NCBI RefSeq assembly: GCF_964204645.1
Contig: NC_134027.1
Location: 21,662,560-21,726,559, forward strand
Source of the DNA: Tubulanus polymorphus
Taxonomy: Eukaryota > Animalia > Nemertea
Direction: 5' to 3'
DNA length: 64,000 nt
How positions within the stretch are numbered: position 1 is the first letter of the stretch; every line of letters begins with the position of its first letter. The notes under the pieces were generated by a model. It had not been told where the DNA came from, made no database searches, and worked only from the letters and a program-made list of their open reading frames with translations. The position numbers and the translations under genes were made by a program. Of the stretch, positions 59,101 to 64,000 are shown piece by piece.

Positions 59101-62100
59101 TCCACTAAAATCTTACACTTCAATAAAGTTTACAGAACCCAGAGAAAAAAACCAGGTAAATAATGTAATTTTCAACCAAAATATGTCTTTATTTATTGCC
59201 TAGAAACACATCATTTTATATTCATGTTACCACGCATATAACGTCATTATGACGCTTTGTGTGGTTTGTTTATTTTGTTAATTTCCTTGTTTTTTGTGAA
59301 ATAAACTCATTTTGGTTAAAAAAAAACCTTTAGGCTAAAAAAAATTGATACCTTGTTTCTCTGCTCTGCTGAGCTTAAATGTTGACCCGGCCGGCCGCCT
59401 ATCTACCCTATACATTACTTTTTTTGAAATCATGATCTATTTTACCATAACAGACCTGGCCGCTATAGAAATGAACTGTTAACAAATTCTATCATATTTT
59501 ACAAAAATGACCCGGCCGCTGCGGAGAAACAAGGTATCATTTTTGTTTAGCCTTAGTTGTCTGAATGAAGGAGTCAACCTGTATCATTTTCTACATACAT
59601 TTATGCATAGGTAGACCATCAATAATATCCGCATAAAACTGATCAAAATCACGGGGGTTTGACTAATTCATTCGAAATCTGAGTCTGACAGTTTCACAAT
59701 CTGAACTCAATTCAATAAATACAACGCCTGTGTAATCAATTGAAAATGAACTCAAAATTAAATCTAAAACCAAATTGCCTCATTTTCATTACCTTCGTTG
59801 AGCGGATCGCATAGATAAAATCTCTGCCACTCGATCCCATAACTGAAATGGTCGAGGTACCAACAAGACGAGAATATAGCTCTCATTTTCTGTTGAGTAA
59901 CGCGTTCGACATCGGCTGAACTTCCCATCCATACCTGCACTATAGTATCAGGGTTCAGCTGTAAGTAAATATACCGGCATTATTATCGCATCATTTATCA
60001 TAAGTTTCTTAACTAAAAAAGTACATGTGTATGATACAAAAATACAGTCTATTGTATAAAAGAAGGAGTTACGTTGAAGCATTTCCGCATTATAGAGTGT
60101 AGTCAAGTAAATGGACAAAATAACCCAACAGGAAAACGAACAATGTATGAAAATACAAGGACTAGAAAATGCATTCCAGTTCCTGTATTTTCCAATATGT
60201 GGTATTCCCTGTATATTCCAGTCATGGACGTTGATTTCATTTTCCAATTTTCCCGGGAAATCGAAGCGGGGTAACCCAGAGCCTCTAGTGATCCAGGCAG
60301 AATATTGCCGAATCCTCGCTTCCTTGCGTTGCTGGTATCCCATTGAATTCTTTTTTTAATGTTAAGTGAAAAAAGATTCGTCCGGTTCTACCGGGATATA
60401 TTTTGTTCCTTCCTGGAACTTATATCTTCCCGGAATAACTTCCTGAATATTTTACGACTGTTATGATCCTACGCACCTCAACGGCTTTATCAAATACTTC
60501 CTGCCAGACGATGTTACCAGCTTTCTGAGCGCGCGACTGTCCTAACTTCAATATGATATTAATCAATCTGTCGAAAGAAAATGGAAAGCAAAATCAACAC
60601 GTGTATTCGCAGCTGGTTCAATGAAATAATTGATACGTCATAAATCAATGATATTGAGAATTAAAGTCATGGCAATAAAAATACCTAGCAACGCCGAAAT
60701 GTAATACATTGAGACCAAGGATCTGATTGAGATGAACTCTGGAATTTTCATATTATTTCACACCCTTACAATTAGATTCTTTCATATTATTTTACAGCAA
60801 AATACAAAAATTTGTCGCATTTTTCACATGATCTTACCCAGATTTTATTTTTCAAATTTAGGCACGATAACATACTGATCATAATGTGGACAGACAACGA
60901 TGTAATTTCTGTAATCGGTATATGGTATATGGCATAAAAGGGGGATGAAAATGTTTTGATGGACATTTTTCATAAATCTACACGTATTCACAATTATTTT
61001 GCACATTTTTTGAAGCAAACATCCATTATTCACAATATTTCACACATTTCAATCTAACCCCTGAGTTTCACATACATGTGTGATAAACCCGCCAGACAAT
61101 TCATATTGCAGGTATTGCTTTAACCCTCCCTCCCCAATTCCACAAATTAGGATTTCTCTAATTGGGTCACAGTGCAGTCAGTTTGAAACTTATTTCCAGG
61201 ACATCAAAATTGGAGAAGTATTCACTGGGTTATGCCATTTTTTCAAATTTACCGCTTCATAATTAGCCCAAAACTGGAGAGGTTTGAAAGCTATTTTCAG
61301 GACTGAATAATTACAAAATATATCATCCAGATGAAAAGCTATATAAATCGTCAAAACAGGTTTCGTACTACAGAAAATGATATGTACACTTTTCTACTGG
61401 TTTGAATGCAATGGTATAGCGGTATAGAAATCCTGCTATGGCTGCTTTGTTGCTTTACTACTTACCTTTGCGTATAATATTGTACCATAATCTCATTATT
61501 TCCTGGACTCGTTTTCTGAATATATTTCATTATATCCGGATTCGAATACCTAGAATCAAATAGTTCCGATTAGTTGAAATTATACTATTCACAAGCTTAT
61601 ATTTCAACATTTACGTATTTACACAAGCGTACAGATCCACTCTTATTCTGAGAGATCTGCGCTATATACACTGAAAAGCGTTTTTCTCTAAAAGAGGGCA
61701 TTCATCCTGAATCGGTGAGAATTTTCTTTGGATCCGAGTAGGAAAGACAATAACTAGCTGGTTGTCAGAAAAAGTTTCCGATTGCGTATACAAATTTTAT
61801 ATCTCGAACTGACGCAAAAACCCTCACACAGCAAGAAAAACCTCATTGTCCCCGGGCTAGGATTCAAACCTGATGGCATCAAGACTCGCTGTGGTACGAA
61901 ACCCTGCCACACTAGTCCAAGTGCACAGCTAAATGCCTAGCTTAGCTAGTGTCAATATTAGCCAATCACAAATGCCATTTCATTTTAGCTCATTTATAAT
62001 TTACGCGTTCGATCATCCACGCTTGCCAGGGGTTCGGTAACTCGCTTCCACCAGCCCCCTGGCCTCCCGAAGCGTGATTTCATTAATGGTGCTGTTGCGC

Positions 62101-63334
62101 ATGACGTCATATATCGATTTGCCAAATACTTCCTTGTTCAGTAAAACGTTCACTGATTGGTCCATTTAATGGAAAAACCAACAGAGGCCTAATGTCGTTT
62201 GTTACAAGCGCTGTGATTGGTACGACCGGATTCTGGTCGGCTAGTAACGACTCTAACGACTCGTGAGGTCAAGGGGTTCGGCGAACAGCTTTAGCGTAGT
62301 GGGTTCGAATCCCTTGACGGGTGAAGATGGTGTTCAATTTGCCAGCAATTATACACCAAGCAATCTGATTGGCACCGCAAGTTTTCTGGTGGCAGACATG
62401 CGCATCATGTAACAGGGTTTCGTTAGGTAGCTGAGTCTAGTAATGTTAATGCCATCAGATTCGAATCCCTGCCAGGGGAGGATGGAAAAACCTCATAACA
62501 AAAGTTAGATTTTTACGTGTATTACGTATTTGATGTTTTGTGCCCATTGCGCCATGCATGTGATATCACAGCACGCGATATTTGAGTCGATACCCATTGC
62601 GCCATGCATGTGATATCACAGCACGCGATATTTGAGTTGATACCCATTGCGCCATGCATGTGATATCACAGCACGCGATATTTGAGTCGATATTTGAGTC
62701 GTCCATCAGGTGCACAAGCAGGCTAATTGAAGTTAGAAGTCACAATATGACAGCCACTTGACAGACAATGTGACTGTGAGTGAACAATACGTGTGACATC
62801 TGCTGATAATCTCTATTAGCGTATCACAGTTACTTGTTCTTGATATGCAAACAGCAATTGAAACAGTTTGTCTTGTCTCGTAGCCACAGCCATGAAACGA
62901 GCCTTTTCGTCTCACGTTTTGTGTGCTGAGGTTTAACTATTTATTTGTCTGTTTGCGGTTTTCCTATACACCTGTTTCAACTTAATTACATGAATTTTTT
63001 TTCGAAAGATACTTATGTTTTGAAAATGGCTCATATATTTAAATTGAAATGTCACTACTCTTAAGTATTGTGGGTTTTTCTTCAGCTCAAAACTCATTCA
63101 ATTTTTATCAGATTTCGAAGTTGACCTACCAGCAGCCGAGCGACACTTCATCGCCGCCTAAATGAACGTAACGATCTTTGAAAACGGTTAGAATTTCACC
63201 GAACAACTTCTCCAGGAAGTTGTACGTAGTATTCTGCAGCGGGTGAATCGGCCCGTAAAATCCGTCGGGCTCGTTTCCGACATAGCACGGCGTCAGAAAC
63301 TCGGGATGCCCGTAACCCCACGAATGAACGTGAC
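55892..63334 (-). CDS. Beta-hexosaminidase (GH20, HEXA/HEXB-like), 3' part; join complement(55892..56137,56922..57102,57471..57575,58319..58409,59793..59958,60477..60567,61466..61549,63130..63334); 5' exons lie beyond the window
   Basis: GHVHSWG..LTPCY..GPIHP..YVHLGGDEV..CW; IVWQEVFD; VQVW; SSCWYLD..YG.EW; EFAMWAEYID; WPRGSAAAERFWS; RLEEQRCRM..RGI. All introns are GT-AG with consistent phases. Confidence 0.92.
56320..56588. repeat. 41-bp minisatellite (intronic)
   Basis: ggccactatgagatatctgatacttctgactccatccccat, about 3.5 good units from 56443 plus degenerate units upstream. Confidence 0.85.
57937..58254 (+). mobile_element. ORF-less PLE terminus insertion (inverted pLTR + pLTR with intact hammerhead) with 14-bp TSD
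   Basis: atccattattgaat at 57923-57936 and 58255-58268; 5' end agtacgataacc..ctcaaacgtggtgaac as at 21751; ~57967-58078 inverted to ~58146-58258. Confidence 0.88.
58128..58169 (+). ncRNA. Minimal hammerhead ribozyme, intact
   Basis: acac-CTGACGA-t-gatctc(tagggt)gagatc-GAAAC-GTC-gtgt; perfect stems I and II. Confidence 0.88.
59332..59553. mobile_element. MITE (related end near 30004-30040)
   Basis: aggctaaaaaaaattgataccttgtttctctgc / gcggagaaacaaggtatcatttttgtttagcct. Confidence 0.75.
62543..62702. repeat. 50-bp tandem repeat x3
   Basis: cccattgcgccatgcatgtgatatcacagcacgcgatatttgagtcgata starting at 62543, 62593 and 62643. Confidence 0.92.
63130..63334 (-). CDS. Hexosaminidase exon with catalytic HLGGDE motif
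   Basis: tttatag|GT CAC ... TG|gtaggt. Confidence 0.95.
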
Positions 63335-63395
63335 CTATAAAGAGATAGATAATACACAACTGCAGACACTGATGATGGGACAGCAAGAGGATAAT

Positions 63396-63686
63396 AGCCG
63401 CGATCACACCGAGATGATTTGGTCCGGGCCAAATTGACACGGATCGGGCTCGAGCCTAATGAAGCCCGTGCCTAATTAGAGAGCGCGTTTACACGCAAAC
63501 CATTCACTCGATACTAAACAATGTTCAAACAAAGCGAAGTGGGTCATTTTCGGTACCAGTTGCAATTCAAACGCAATCATTTTTGGTCGCGCCTGATTTG
63601 GCACGGGCGAAACAGGCTCGGTCCATTTGGCACCTGTGTGAACAATTTTTCCGGCACGGGCCTAGAATGCTCGTGTGATCGCGGCT
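63396..63686. mobile_element. MITE (same family as 50434-50702)
   Basis: agccgcgatcacac ... gtgtgatcgcggct. Confidence 0.75.
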
Positions 63687-64000
63687 TATACGGTACCTTC
63701 CTGCAAATGTTAGAATTTGCACGATTTGTATTGTAATAGAGACTTAGAAGAGTGTAGTGTTATCTGTAAATTTGAAAGCAACTCACTAGGAGTTTGCTGT
63801 CTTGCTATCGATAAACAATATTATCTGTTTAGGGATCATTCATTTATGACATACGTACACATGAATCGGGTCAGTTCAAATGAGTACGGTATTGGGGAAG
63901 GGGTTTGGCAGGGAGGGGGTTCGGCAGGGTTTGGAGGTGATAGCACGTATATACTATGTCATATCAATGTTCTATCTATTTCTAATTCAGTGGAATCTGC

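Noticed and set aside
56320-62702. 41-bp and 50-bp tandem repeats as CRISPR arrays
   Set aside because: Head-to-tail repeats with no unique spacers, eukaryotic intronic context, no cas genes.

Overview
AT-rich, repeat-dense animal genomic DNA, probably from a marine invertebrate (an inference; the taxon cannot be fixed from this window). Three host genes can be reconstructed by hand. (1) A 5-exon minus-strand ubiquitin-specific protease (CDS 30526->15413, about 737 aa) with N-terminal hydrophobic segments. (2) Head-to-head with it, a single-coding-exon Egalitarian-like protein (36503-38299) with three winged-helix repeats, an OB-like segment and an LC8-type motif, but no exonuclease domain. 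(3) The last 8 exons of a minus-strand GH20 beta-hexosaminidase (63334->55892) with a C-terminal extension bearing two hydrophobic helices. Mobile DNA includes two decayed Penelope-like elements (PLEs) with minimal hammerhead ribozymes and two ORF-less PLE-terminus hairpin insertions. A DIRS1-type tyrosine-recombinase retrotransposon (identical ITRs plus ICR, apparent internal deletion) sits precisely inside the GIY-YIG domain of one PLE. There are also RTE-X-like LINEs, a MULE remnant, many MITEs, SINE fragments and minisatellites. All calls come from reading the sequence; no database search or folding program was run.
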